Below are positions 47,591 through 57,236 of a DNA stretch of 64,000 nt, piece by piece; the stretch's first letter is position 1; each line of letters starts with the position of its first letter. Origin of the DNA: a virus; the IMG/VR virus record IMGVR_UViG_3300046782_000589; one strand, 5' to 3'. The position numbers were made by a program, and so were the translations under genes. The notes under the pieces were generated by a model. That model searched no databases, was not told the DNA's origin, and saw only the letters and a list, made by a program, of their open reading frames with translations.

Positions 47591-48070
47591 ATGATCACCG
47601 TCCGCCTCGCGGACGAGGGGGTCCCGCTGCGCGCCATCGCACGCGCGACCCACACCCCGTCCGCCATCGTGCGCGAGCAGCTCCAGGGCGCCAAGCAGTC
47701 CGGCACGCTGGTCGAGCTGCCCAAGGAGGACTGGCCTCCTGGGTTCCCCAGGGACCAGCGAGCCTTGCAACTGTCGCGCATGGTGGTCGAGGACAAGGAT
47801 GCCGTCACCCTCGCGCTGCAACAAGTCTTCCACCTGACCACGACCGAGGTCGGCCTCGTGATGCTCCTGCTGCAGAACGCCAGCGTGCCGAAGGCGCGCA
47901 TCGACATGGCGACCCGCTGCGTCGACGTGCACATCTGCCACATCCGCCGCCGCTTCCTGCCGTTTCGCATCGTGATCGCGACGCTGTGGGGCTACGGCTA
48001 CCAGCTCTCCGCGGACTCGCGGCATCGCGTCATGGAGCTGATCCTCGACCACAAGGGCGTTCCGGCATGA
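47591..48070 (+). CDS. Transcriptional regulator: N-terminal HTH plus OmpR/CtrA-type winged helix
   Basis: GVPLRAIARAT; LTTTE...VDVHICHIRRRF...IATLWGYGYQL. Alternative GTG start at 47564. Confidence 0.75.
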   Translation: MITVRLADEGVPLRAIARATHTPSAIVREQLQGAKQSGTLVELPKEDWPPGFPRDQRALQLSRMVVEDKDAVTLALQQVFHLTTTEVGLVMLLLQNASVPKARIDMATRCVDVHICHIRRRFLPFRIVIATLWGYGYQLSADSRHRVMELILDHKGVPA

Positions 48071-48168
48071 CCCCGCAACACCTGAAGCAATTGATGGAAG
48101 AGGAGTGGGAGAGCCCGGGCTGCGCGCGGCCGCTCTGGATAACCGGCTGGCAGATCGACGGCGACCGG

Positions 48169-48582
48169 CTAGCGCCCGATGACGATCTTTTCACCGCGGC
48201 ATATGACGACGGTAGTCCACTTCTTGCCAAGCCGTCCGTCAAGTCCCGCCGTCGCGATCGTCTTGATGTCTGAGAACCACGGCTCCTCGCGCCATCTCCC
48301 CGGCACGACCGGGTCGACCACGAAGCACACGACGGCGACATCACCCTCGACGCGATGATCGATGATGATCTTGCTTCTCGCCGGGAACCACACGTCCCCG
48401 AACCGCGTATCCTTCAGCCACTGGCAGTGGAAGTCCGCACAGCGCTGCGGCCGCGCGGCGTAGATCGCGCATCCCCCCTGCCGGTCACCCGGCCGGCAGT
48501 GGGGGCACCACGCATGATCCGCCTTGACCTCCGGCACGCCCATCACGCGGCAGCACAGCGCACAGCTGCCGCACGCCCTCAT
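48169..48582 (-). CDS. YkgJ-like cysteine-cluster protein
   Basis: CGSCALCC...C...CAIYAARPQRC..F.CQW. Confidence 0.7.
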   Translation of the reverse strand: MRACGSCALCCRVMGVPEVKADHAWCPHCRPGDRQGGCAIYAARPQRCADFHCQWLKDTRFGDVWFPARSKIIIDHRVEGDVAVVCFVVDPVVPGRWREEPWFSDIKTIATAGLDGRLGKKWTTVVICRGEKIVIGR

Positions 48583-48613
48583 GCTCCCCGCTCTGTCCCG
48601 TCGTGCTTGTATT

Positions 48614-48886
48614 TCATATGTCCTGCTCGTCCGGACTGAGGTAGTTCTCCGGCGAGACGTCAAAGTCGGGGGGGATGTCCGACTCGCGATCGAGCTTCGG
48701 CTTGAGTTCGTATTCCTCCGGCCTGCCGGGGGGCTTGCGCCCATGCCGTTCGGCGTCTTCGTTGCGTTCGGAGATGTCCCTCTCGCGCAGTGCCTTCAGC
48801 TCGTCCTTCAACGATCGGTCCGTTTCCTGCGGCACGATCCCGCCGACCGCGTAGCGATGTGTCTTCTTGCTGTAGTTCCTGGTCAT
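48614..48886 (-). CDS. Hypothetical protein with YAVGG motif
   Basis: GAGGAGGA RBS; about 90 aa. Confidence 0.6.
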   Translation of the reverse strand: MTRNYSKKTHRYAVGGIVPQETDRSLKDELKALRERDISERNEDAERHGRKPPGRPEEYELKPKLDRESDIPPDFDVSPENYLSPDEQDI

Positions 48887-48898
48887 CACGTCCTCCTC

Positions 48899-50356
48899 TC
48901 AAGTCCAGCCGGCAGCCGTCACCTGCTGCCGTGCCGCCGGTCGCACCCGCGGCACGATCCGCCGTGCGAACTCGGTCATCAGCCCGCCGTGCACCACCAG
49001 CGCGATGTACTGCAGGCAGTCGGCGACGTGGGAGAAGCCTTCCTTGTCGAACTTCTCCGGCACGCTGCGCAGGCCGCCGTCGGCGTGCTTCTTGAACCGG
49101 TAGCCGCCGGTCATCGCCCGCGTCAGCCACGGGCACTCGCGTCCGTTGATCAGCAGTGCAGGCCCCCCGTTCACCTGCCGTCCGAGCAGCGCCTCGACTG
49201 CCCTTAACCTCGGGTTGATGTCGTTGGTCGGTGCGGGGAACGCCGGGAAGCCCATGCGCTTGAGCGCGTCGAAGCAGCTCTCCTCGGCCACCACCCCGCG
49301 CGAGATGCCGCTCGGATCGCCGACGACGATCACCTTGCTCATGATGTACTTGTCGCGGAACAGGACGGGTCGTAGCTTCTCGGCGACGTGCAGCTCCAGT
49401 CCGACGTTCGTCGCGGGGACTTCCTGGTGGATGATCAGACGGCCCAGATGGTCGACCTGCCCGATCAGGCTCCATGGGTTGCGGCCGAAGTCCTGGCCTA
49501 TGATCAGTGGGTATCCCGGGATGACCAGCGTTTCTGGCACGACGTGGAACGACGGCTTGAAGGTCGACTTGAACACCGCTTCCCCGGACGGGTCATCGCC
49601 ATACTGCGCGTAGACGTAGCGCTTCACCCACGCATGGTCGCTGCCGTACATCTGAAGGAACTGCTCGTAGTACTTGCGTCCCTGCGCGATCCGGCGTTCG
49701 TGGTTGAGCGGCAGCTGGCGCGTCTCTTCGCTCTGCAGCAGGTAGTTGAGGTTTTCGGCCTGCGCCGACATCCCGGATGGCTGGATGAACACCTGCCAGT
49801 TGGGTGGGGGCTCGACCATGAACTTGTGCCAGTCCGAGAGTTCGACTGGCATGTTCGTATCGGCGATGATGCCGTACCAGGTCGGCACGCCGCGGTTGCC
49901 GCTCGGGTATCGGCCGATGCGGCCGCTCACGGGTGCGAGCACGTCGAAGTTCATCTCGATCGCTTCCGAGAGCCACGCACCGGTCAGCTGCATGGACAGC
50001 AGCCGGGCCTGGTCTTCGGCGTTTTCCAGCGGGATGAACACCAGCTCTGATTTTACATCACTGAAATCGAGGTAGTATGTGTTCTCGCTCACGCGCCACT
50101 CGCCAAGACCTTCGAACCACGATTGTGCGTCTTTTAGAACTGTATCCTTCAACTGTTTTAAAGTCTGCCGTACTACAGCCCAGCGGGTGTATCGATATCC
50201 ATCTGGAGCTTTCGCCTGGGCCATTGAGCGACGAAGAATTTCAATCAAGCATGCAGTCGTCTTCCCGGATCCGACCGGCCCGGCGGCGACGCGGCCGAAC
50301 GCCGACGACTTCATGAAGGTCGCGAGCGTCGGCGGTGCCGTGTAGCGGACGGGCAT
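48899..50356 (-). CDS. terL: Terminase large subunit
   Basis: Walker A GPVGSGKT; RWAVVRQT; nuclease GQDFGRNP; SHVADCLQY. Confidence 0.9.
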   Translation of the reverse strand: MPVRYTAPPTLATFMKSSAFGRVAAGPVGSGKTTACLIEILRRSMAQAKAPDGYRYTRWAVVRQTLKQLKDTVLKDAQSWFEGLGEWRVSENTYYLDFSDVKSELVFIPLENAEDQARLLSMQLTGAWLSEAIEMNFDVLAPVSGRIGRYPSGNRGVPTWYGIIADTNMPVELSDWHKFMVEPPPNWQVFIQPSGMSAQAENLNYLLQSEETRQLPLNHERRIAQGRKYYEQFLQMYGSDHAWVKRYVYAQYGDDPSGEAVFKSTFKPSFHVVPETLVIPGYPLIIGQDFGRNPWSLIGQVDHLGRLIIHQEVPATNVGLELHVAEKLRPVLFRDKYIMSKVIVVGDPSGISRGVVAEESCFDALKRMGFPAFPAPTNDINPRLRAVEALLGRQVNGGPALLINGRECPWLTRAMTGGYRFKKHADGGLRSVPEKFDKEGFSHVADCLQYIALVVHGGLMTEFARRIVPRVRPAARQQVTAAGWT

Positions 50357-50836
50357 CTATTTCCCCACCACGCCGCCGCGCCTGTACGCCTCGCCCTGCA
50401 TGCCCTGTTTGGCCGGCTCGGACTTCGTCTCGTTCGGGTCGTCGCTCTTCCACACCCGCGCGCGGTCGGGTGCGTACTTGTAATTTTGCGATTGTGTGCT
50501 GAAGCTCGGGTGGGTCGGCTTCTTGTACTTGTCGCCGAGGTGCCCGGTGTCTGCCGTCGGGCTGTCCCCTTCCTTGAACGCCCCGCGCAGGTCGTAGTCG
50601 CGACCGCTGTCGTGCGGCATGTTCTCGGCCTTCCAGTCCTGGTACTTGTTTTCGTCGTCGGGGCTGAGCTGCGTGTTGAAGTTCTTGTCGGTGTATTCCG
50701 GCTGTGCCGGCCCGTCGTCCTCGACCTCTCCACCCTCGGCGTAGCGCCGCTTGCGCAGCAACGAACTGTCGGCACTTCGTCCGAACGCCCGGTGTGCCGG
50801 GTCGGCGTCCTTGTATCTGCCTGGTGGGTTGCGCAT
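50357..50836 (-). CDS. Conserved uncharacterised phage protein
   Basis: FNTQLSPDDENKYQDW...DYDLRGAFK...KKPTHPSFS pattern, flanked by YAEGG and YRRGG. Confidence 0.65.
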   Translation of the reverse strand: MRNPPGRYKDADPAHRAFGRSADSSLLRKRRYAEGGEVEDDGPAQPEYTDKNFNTQLSPDDENKYQDWKAENMPHDSGRDYDLRGAFKEGDSPTADTGHLGDKYKKPTHPSFSTQSQNYKYAPDRARVWKSDDPNETKSEPAKQGMQGEAYRRGGVVGK

Positions 50837-51057
50837 CAGTCGCCCCTGCCGATGTCGGGGAACTTGGCCTTCACCTTGGCGCGCACCTTGCTCTCGATCG
50901 CCTTGCCGCTCGCACGCGCGAGCGCGTTGCGCGCGTGCGACTTGTCGGGGATCGGGTAGCTCCCGCTTCCCTTGCCGCTAGCTCCCGTCCCTTTGCCCGG
51001 GAGGGCGAACGAGCTCGATGGTAGTGCCTTGCGGTCCCTGCTCGATAACTTTGCCAT
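50836..51057 (-). CDS. Small basic phage protein
   Basis: LSSRDRKALPSSSFALP...YPIPDKSHARNALAR, a common phage family pattern. Confidence 0.65.
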   Translation of the reverse strand: MAKLSSRDRKALPSSSFALPGKGTGASGKGSGSYPIPDKSHARNALARASGKAIESKVRAKVKAKFPDIGRGD

Positions 51058-51514
51058 TGTGGCTTCCCATGTCGATGTCGTTGGGGTTGATCTCGACCGA
51101 CTTGTCGTAATGCTCGACGTCCGCACCAAGATTTATTGTTATTACAAAACGCTCCGCCGCGGACGCAGGCGAGGTCTTGAGCTCGCCGATGCCGGCGATC
51201 TTGGCCATCAGCTTGGCGCCCTCGATCACGCTGGTGAGCGGCTCGGTGCCGGTCAGCATGCGCTGGCCGATCAGCGGCATGATCACCTCGATCCCGGCCG
51301 CGTTCTGCAGCCGGATGCGGTCGTGGGTCGAGGTGGTGGCGTTCCACTCCAGCGCGAGATGCTCCTTGACCCGCTGGTAGTAGGGGTTCTTGCATATTTC
51401 GTAGTAGTCCTCTTCGGTAATGCCGAAATCATCGAAGACGACTTTGTAGTTGCGGATGTTCATGACCATCTCGCGCGCGAGCTGGGCCATGGCGGTTTCG
51501 CTCAAGGTTGTCAT
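50978..51514 (-). CDS. terS: Putative terminase small subunit
   Basis: Helical protein ending ERFVITINLG, upstream of terL in the same orientation. Confidence 0.6.
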   Translation of the reverse strand: MTTLSETAMAQLAREMVMNIRNYKVVFDDFGITEEDYYEICKNPYYQRVKEHLALEWNATTSTHDRIRLQNAAGIEVIMPLIGQRMLTGTEPLTSVIEGAKLMAKIAGIGELKTSPASAAERFVITINLGADVEHYDKSVEINPNDIDMGSHNGKVIEQGPQGTTIELVRPPGQRDGS

Positions 51515-51538
51515 GGTGCCCTTCCTACCACCCAAACC

Positions 51539-51553
51539 TTAACCATTCCTTAA
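51539..51553. promoter_or_regulatory. CtrA-type box in the divergent terS/portal intergenic region
   Basis: TTAA-CCATTCC-TTAA; CTTAACCATTCCTTAAGCTTTC is identical to the copy at 12.77 kb. Confidence 0.75.
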
Positions 51554-51576
51554 GCTTTCCATAGTCATATGCCGCC

Positions 51577-53949
51577 ATGGCACCTCCTCTCGGTCAAGCG
51601 AACGTGCTCCAGGTCGTCCCGCCGGCCGCCCTGGAGGCGCACCTGCAGCAGCAGGCGGCGGTGCGGTCTGCCTCCCTTGCCCCCGCACCGCCGGTCGCCC
51701 CGGAGCTTGCCGGCTTCATCCGTGGCCAGTTCGAGATCTTCCGCAACCACCGCAACACCGCGTCAGGCTGGTCCGGCCGGTTGATCGAGGCGTTGCGCGT
51801 GTTCAACGGGCAGTACTCGCCCGACAAGATGCGCGAGGTGGCGAAGTTCGGCGGCAGCCAGATCTACGCGCGCCTGTCCGCGCAGAAGTGCCGCGCCGCG
51901 AGCTCGCTGCTGCGCGACGTCTATCTCGGCAGCGACCGGCCGTGGACCATCCGCCCCCCTGCTGATCCCGACATCCCCGACGAGATCCTGCAGAAGATCG
52001 ACGCGCTCTTGAAGCACGAGGCCGCGATGGTGGCGCAGACGCTCGGGCAGCAGCCGCCCGAGGATGCGGCGCAGCAGCGCAAGCTCGCTCTGCTGGAGTC
52101 GGCGATGGACGCCGCCAAGAAGAAGGCCGCACAGCAGGCCAAGATCTCCGAGGACCGCATCGAGGAGCTGCTGCGCGGCGGGATGTTCTACCACGCGCTA
52201 GCCGAGTTCATCGTCGACCTGCCGATCTTCCCGTTTGCCTGCATCAAGGGGCCGACGGTCAAGATCATGCCGGAGGTGAGCTGGCCACCGGGTGGCGGGC
52301 GGCCGATCGTGCAGCAGGTCCCCAAGATGGTCTGGGGTCGCATATCGCCGTTCGATATCTGGTGGACACCCGGGGTAGCCGATATCGCAAATGCCAACGT
52401 CATCGAGAAGTCGCGGCTTACTCGTGCCGAGTTGAATGACCTGCTTGATCTCCCCGGCTTCAACCAGGACGAGGTACGGCTGGTGCTTGAGGAGTACGGC
52501 CGTGGAGGGCTGTACGACAACTGGGATACGACGGACGCCGAACGCGCGGTGCTCGAAAGTCGCGAAAATCCGGCCTGGAACCGCAGCGGGCTCATCTCCC
52601 AGATGGAGTTTCATGGCAACGTACAGGGGACGATCCTGCAGGAGTACGGAATGCCGGGAGTCCCGGATCCACTGCGGGATTATCATATCGACGCCTATTG
52701 TATTGGCTCCCACGTCATCAAGGCCAATCTATCCCCCTCGCCGCGTGCGCGACACAACTACTTCATCACGTCTTTCGAGAAGGTTCCCGGAACCCCGATC
52801 GGCAACGGCCTTGTCGACATGATCAGCGACATCCAGGATGTCGCCAATGCCACGCTGCGCTCACTTGTAAATAACGTCTCGATCTCGTCCGGCCCGCAGG
52901 TCGTCGTCAACGACGATCGCTGCCGTCCCGAGGAGAACACCGACGAGCTGTTCCCGTGGAAGCGTTGGCACGTCTCGAATGATCCGGTCGGCAACAACTC
53001 CAAGCCGCCGGTCGAGTTCTTCCAGCCGCAGTCCAACGCCAACGATCTGTTGACCGTGTTCAAGGCTTTCGTCGACCTGTCCGATGATGTGTCTGCGATC
53101 CCGAAGTACATCGGTGGACAGGCGAGTGGCGGGGCCGGTCGTACGGCGTCCGGCCTCGCCATGCTGATGGGCAATGCCAGTAAAATTCTTCAGACGGTTG
53201 CGGCCAACATCGATCGCGACGTGTTCGAGGTGGCGTTGACGCAGCTTGCCGACCTCGTGCTGCTCTCGGACACGACCGGGATACTGACCGGCGAGGAGGA
53301 CATCTCGGTCCAGGGCGTCAGTGTCGCGGTGCAGAGGGAAACCCAGCGGCAACGGCAGCTGGAGTTCTTGCAGCACACCGCCAATCCGATGGACATGGAC
53401 ATCATCGGCATCACCGGCCGCGGCGCCGTGTTGCGCAGTGTTTCCCAGACCATCGGGCTCGACGGCGACAAGGTGGTCCCTTCCGACGAGGAGTTGCAGA
53501 AGAAGCAGGAGGCCAAGGAGAAGGGCAAGCAGCAGCAGGATCTCACCGAGCAGGTCGACAAGGGCATCCAGACCGGCGTCGAGCTCGGGGTGCAGAAGCT
53601 CACCACGGAGCTGACCCAGGGGTTCCTCGCCTCGCACGTCCAGATGCCCGAAGATCCGGGTGCGCCCGATGGAGGTGGTGCACCAGGCGGTCCCGGCATG
53701 GGGCCGCCTCCCGGCGGGCCGCCGGGTACGGGAGCACTCGGCGCCCCGCCGGGTGGTCCGCCCGGCATGGGACCGCCTCCCGGCGGGCAGCCTGGTGGCG
53801 GTGGTGCACAGATGATGCGCAACATGCAGGGCGCGCGGCCGACGCCGATGAGCAACCAGATGACCCAGCCGGCGAACGTCGTCGGCAACCAGCCGGGGCC
53901 GATGGGTCCGGGTGGACGCCCACGTCCCATAATCGGAGGACCAGGATGA
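51577..53949 (+). CDS. Portal protein
   Basis: 790 aa; GNGLVDMISDIQ...NNVSISSGPQV and GRTASGLAMLMGNA motifs; Gly/Pro-rich tail. Confidence 0.8.
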   Translation: MAPPLGQANVLQVVPPAALEAHLQQQAAVRSASLAPAPPVAPELAGFIRGQFEIFRNHRNTASGWSGRLIEALRVFNGQYSPDKMREVAKFGGSQIYARLSAQKCRAASSLLRDVYLGSDRPWTIRPPADPDIPDEILQKIDALLKHEAAMVAQTLGQQPPEDAAQQRKLALLESAMDAAKKKAAQQAKISEDRIEELLRGGMFYHALAEFIVDLPIFPFACIKGPTVKIMPEVSWPPGGGRPIVQQVPKMVWGRISPFDIWWTPGVADIANANVIEKSRLTRAELNDLLDLPGFNQDEVRLVLEEYGRGGLYDNWDTTDAERAVLESRENPAWNRSGLISQMEFHGNVQGTILQEYGMPGVPDPLRDYHIDAYCIGSHVIKANLSPSPRARHNYFITSFEKVPGTPIGNGLVDMISDIQDVANATLRSLVNNVSISSGPQVVVNDDRCRPEENTDELFPWKRWHVSNDPVGNNSKPPVEFFQPQSNANDLLTVFKAFVDLSDDVSAIPKYIGGQASGGAGRTASGLAMLMGNASKILQTVAANIDRDVFEVALTQLADLVLLSDTTGILTGEEDISVQGVSVAVQRETQRQRQLEFLQHTANPMDMDIIGITGRGAVLRSVSQTIGLDGDKVVPSDEELQKKQEAKEKGKQQQDLTEQVDKGIQTGVELGVQKLTTELTQGFLASHVQMPEDPGAPDGGGAPGGPGMGPPPGGPPGTGALGAPPGGPPGMGPPPGGQPGGGGAQMMRNMQGARPTPMSNQMTQPANVVGNQPGPMGPGGRPRPIIGGPG

Positions 53950-54137
53950 AGAGTTATCCAGGCAAGTTCAGCAAGGGGCTGATGAAGCGCAAGAACGTGC
54001 CGTTGATGGAGGAAGGCGGCGAGGTTGATGCTGCGGACGATGATGATCGCAGCGATGAGAATGTCGACAAGGGGATAACGGGATATCCACGTCCCCCACG
54101 CCCTCCGCGTCCTCCGCGTCCTCCGCGTCCGGAATAG
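53946..54137 (+). CDS. Small protein with MEEGG motif and (PPR)n tail
   Basis: ATGA overlap with the portal stop. Confidence 0.55.
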   Translation: MKSYPGKFSKGLMKRKNVPLMEEGGEVDAADDDDRSDENVDKGITGYPRPPRPPRPPRPPRPE

Positions 54138-54153
54138 CCAAGGGAGCAACTCG

Positions 54154-54345
54154 ATGCCGACGTTCTACGTGCGCTATCGCAAGAAAGGCCCGACTGGCGT
54201 GTTCAGCGTCATCGCGGCGAACCGCAACGACGCGATCTCGATGGTCAGGAAGTCGGCCACTGCGGGCGAGGAGTTCGATATCATGGACGTCAACACTGCC
54301 GGCTACGAGATCACCAGTGCGACCGGTCCAACCGGATCGGCATGA
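54154..54345 (+). CDS. Small protein, paralog 1, ending ATGPTGSA
   Basis: GGGAG RBS; similar to the next ORF. Confidence 0.65.
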   Translation: MPTFYVRYRKKGPTGVFSVIAANRNDAISMVRKSATAGEEFDIMDVNTAGYEITSATGPTGSA

Positions 54346-54366
54346 ACCAAGAGGGAGAACGAGAGG

Positions 54367-54579
54367 ATGACGACGTATTATCTCAAGGCGCGCAAGACCC
54401 TGCCGCTGCAGTATCTCACCGTCGATGCGAACACGCGCGAGGAGGCGATCTCGCAGGTCGCGACCAGCGCTGCCGTGGGCGAGCAGATCGAGGTTCTGGA
54501 GTGCACGGACAGTCCGGCCGCGGATGTTCCGCCCGCGGGCGGCGCGACCGGGGCGACCGGGACTTCCAGACGCGGATAA
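54367..54579 (+). CDS. Small protein, paralog 2, ending GATGATGT
   Basis: GAGAGG RBS; YYLKARK...VDANTREEAISQV aligns with FYVRYRK...IAANRNDAISMV. Confidence 0.65.
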   Translation: MTTYYLKARKTLPLQYLTVDANTREEAISQVATSAAVGEQIEVLECTDSPAADVPPAGGATGATGTSRRG

Positions 54580-54582
54580 CCC

Positions 54583-56562
54583 ATGCGGCTGGTATGGAAC
54601 GCGATTGTCCGCAACGAGGCGAAGGTCATCGAGCGGTGTGTGGCGAGCCTCATGCCGCACATCGACGGAGCAATCGTCGTCGATACCGGGTCGATCGACG
54701 GTACGCCGCAACGCCTGGAGGCTTTGTTCACCGCTGCTGGCAAGCCATTAGAGTTGCGCTACGCACCATTCGTAAATTTTTCACAGGCGCGCAACGAAGC
54801 GCTCAAGCTCGCACGCGCAAGTGAGCTTGAGTGGGACTACCTGCTGCTTGCCGACGCCGACATGGAGTTCAAGGTCAAGCGCGAACCCTGGCTCAACGGC
54901 GAGAAAGGGTTGTCTTATGACATCCGACAGCGTGCTGGATCACTGGGTTATCACAACCGCCGGCTCGTCAGCCGCGCTGCTCAGGGCTGGTATGTTGGTG
55001 TCACTCACGAATACCTTGATGTGGCATCGGCTGGCAGCATCGATAGTGCAGAGTTCATTGACCATGCTGACGGCGCTAACCGTCCCGGCAAGTTCGGCCG
55101 TGATATTGCCCTTCTTGAGAAAGCCCTCGCGACCGAGACTAATCCCGGTCTGATCCAGAGATATAATTTCTATCTCGGCGGATCGTATTACGATGCTGGC
55201 TTCTTGGAGTCTGCCGCGAAGCATTACAAGATCCGCACCACGTTGGGCGGGTTTGACGAGGAGGTCTGGTATGCGCAGTATCGTTATGCCCTCTGCCTTG
55301 CTCGCCTCAACGACCACGATGGTTTCTTCCGCGAGATGCTCAGGGCCTACCAGCTGCGCCCCTCGCGGGCAGAGTCGCTTTACGAGCTGGCCAAATTCCA
55401 CCGCGAGCGCGGAGAGAACTACGTCAGCTTGCTGTTCTCGGAAGCCGGCATGCGTCTTCCTTCCACGACCGACCAGCTCTTTGTCGATGATCATGTATGC
55501 AAGTCGGGTCTGAAGGAGGAGTTCGCGATTTGCTCGTACTACGATCCGCTACGGCGTGATCGCGGGGCGAAGATCTGTGACGAGCTGGTGCTGCGTGGCA
55601 GCGAGCAGGCGCGTTTCAACCAGTATTGGTATCTCGAACCCCTGGCGAAACATGTTCCCAGTTTCAGACCTATCCGGATCGAGTTTTCTGTCCCCGATGG
55701 ATGGGTGGCGACGAACCCCTCGGCCATCAACGACGCGGGGAAGCCGTTGGCGATGGTACGGACCGTCAACTATACCATCACACCCGATGGGGCGTATTCG
55801 GTTCTGGGCTCTGATGGCAGTTTTAGTCGGGATCATCCTATTCGGACTCGCAACCATCTTGTCCGTTTTTCCCGCGCACTGAAGATCGAGCAGAGCCATG
55901 AGATGGCACTGCCGACTGGCTGGCCGGAGCCGAAGTTCGACATGGTGCTCGGGTTCGAGGACTCGCGGTTGTTCGAGTGGGACGGCCAGCTGTGGACACT
56001 GTCGACGGTGCGCGAGTTGACCGAAGAAGGCTGGTGCGAGCAGGTATTGGCTCCGGTGTCGTCTGCCGGCTACGGCAGTTCGTGGACGGTGGTCCGTCCG
56101 GAGTTGCGCCGGCACGAGAAGAACTGGATGCCGTGGGTTCACGCCAGGGGCCGGTTGGACATCGTTTACCGGCTTGGCACCATCGTGAACCGGGTTGGCC
56201 GTATAACGCATCAGCACGACTGCGAGCTCGCCGTCGGCCAGATTAGCGGCGGGTCGCAGGTTGTCGAGGTCGAGGGCAACCACATCGCGCTGGTGCACGA
56301 GGCGCGCACCATCCCGGGCCGTCCGCACAATCGCTATTACCAGCACCGGTTCGTGTTGCTTGCCGATGATGGCAGCCTGATCGGCATCTCACAGCCGTTC
56401 GTGTTTCACGACCGGCAGATCGAGTTTGCTGCCGGGTTGGCGTATTTCCCGGAAGAGGGGAAGCTGCTCGCCAGCTATGGCGTGCGCGACTGCGAGGCGT
56501 GGCTTGCCGAGATGGATGTCGGCGAGGTGCTCGGTTTCCTTGCCCAGGGGAGGTTGGCGTGA
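54583..56562 (+). CDS. GT2 glycosyltransferase with TPR and C-terminal propeller-like domain
   Basis: NAIVRNEAKVIERC, VVDTGSIDGT, FSQARNEAL, LLADAD, GVTHEYL; TPR-like helices; HEKNWMPW. Confidence 0.85.
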   Translation: MRLVWNAIVRNEAKVIERCVASLMPHIDGAIVVDTGSIDGTPQRLEALFTAAGKPLELRYAPFVNFSQARNEALKLARASELEWDYLLLADADMEFKVKREPWLNGEKGLSYDIRQRAGSLGYHNRRLVSRAAQGWYVGVTHEYLDVASAGSIDSAEFIDHADGANRPGKFGRDIALLEKALATETNPGLIQRYNFYLGGSYYDAGFLESAAKHYKIRTTLGGFDEEVWYAQYRYALCLARLNDHDGFFREMLRAYQLRPSRAESLYELAKFHRERGENYVSLLFSEAGMRLPSTTDQLFVDDHVCKSGLKEEFAICSYYDPLRRDRGAKICDELVLRGSEQARFNQYWYLEPLAKHVPSFRPIRIEFSVPDGWVATNPSAINDAGKPLAMVRTVNYTITPDGAYSVLGSDGSFSRDHPIRTRNHLVRFSRALKIEQSHEMALPTGWPEPKFDMVLGFEDSRLFEWDGQLWTLSTVRELTEEGWCEQVLAPVSSAGYGSSWTVVRPELRRHEKNWMPWVHARGRLDIVYRLGTIVNRVGRITHQHDCELAVGQISGGSQVVEVEGNHIALVHEARTIPGRPHNRYYQHRFVLLADDGSLIGISQPFVFHDRQIEFAAGLAYFPEEGKLLASYGVRDCEAWLAEMDVGEVLGFLAQGRLA

Positions 56563-57236
56563 TCACGGCCGTGTCGGCCTACGTTCCGATCCCCGGGCAT
56601 CCGCGCTCGGAAGAGGACTATCATGCGCTGGGCCAGCAGTTGCGCGCGCTCGACATTCCACTGATGACGCTGGAGGCATCGATCGAGGATTGCTGGCTGT
56701 TCGACTATCTCGCGCAGCGCCAGCGCTGTTTCACCCACTCGACTGCCGATAACCCAACCAAGAACTCTGTCGCCTACCACATCGTGCAGGCGCAGAAGAG
56801 CGAGTGGCTGGTCGAGGCGGCCTACGTCAACCCCAAGGCCGATGTGCTGGTGTGGATCGATTACGGCATCTTCCATGTTCCCGGCGTGACCGGCGCGATC
56901 ATTCGCGACTTCATGCTCCGCGCGCGCGACGAGCAGGCGATCGCGATCCCCGGCTGCTGGGACCGCAACTACGCCTACGACGACAAGTGGCCGTGCTGGC
57001 GTTTCTGCGGCGGGGTCATCGTGGTGCCGCGCGACCAGGTGATCGACTTTGACACCGCGATGAAGCGCGAGTGCGTGCAGTGGCTCGAATCGACCAACAA
57101 CCTGTCGTGGGAGATCAACACGCTCGCAAGGGTGGAGCAACACTACAAGGAGCTGCCGATTTGGCACTACAAGGCGGATCATGACGCCACGATGTTCACC
57201 GCCTACCAGTCCACCCGGCACGGCACGGTGCATTGA
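56559..57236 (+). CDS. HtrL/YibB-like putative glycosyltransferase
   Basis: LVWIDYGIFH and WRFCGGV motifs; GTGA overlap with the GT2 gene. Confidence 0.65.
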   Translation: MITAVSAYVPIPGHPRSEEDYHALGQQLRALDIPLMTLEASIEDCWLFDYLAQRQRCFTHSTADNPTKNSVAYHIVQAQKSEWLVEAAYVNPKADVLVWIDYGIFHVPGVTGAIIRDFMLRARDEQAIAIPGCWDRNYAYDDKWPCWRFCGGVIVVPRDQVIDFDTAMKRECVQWLESTNNLSWEINTLARVEQHYKELPIWHYKADHDATMFTAYQSTRHGTVH

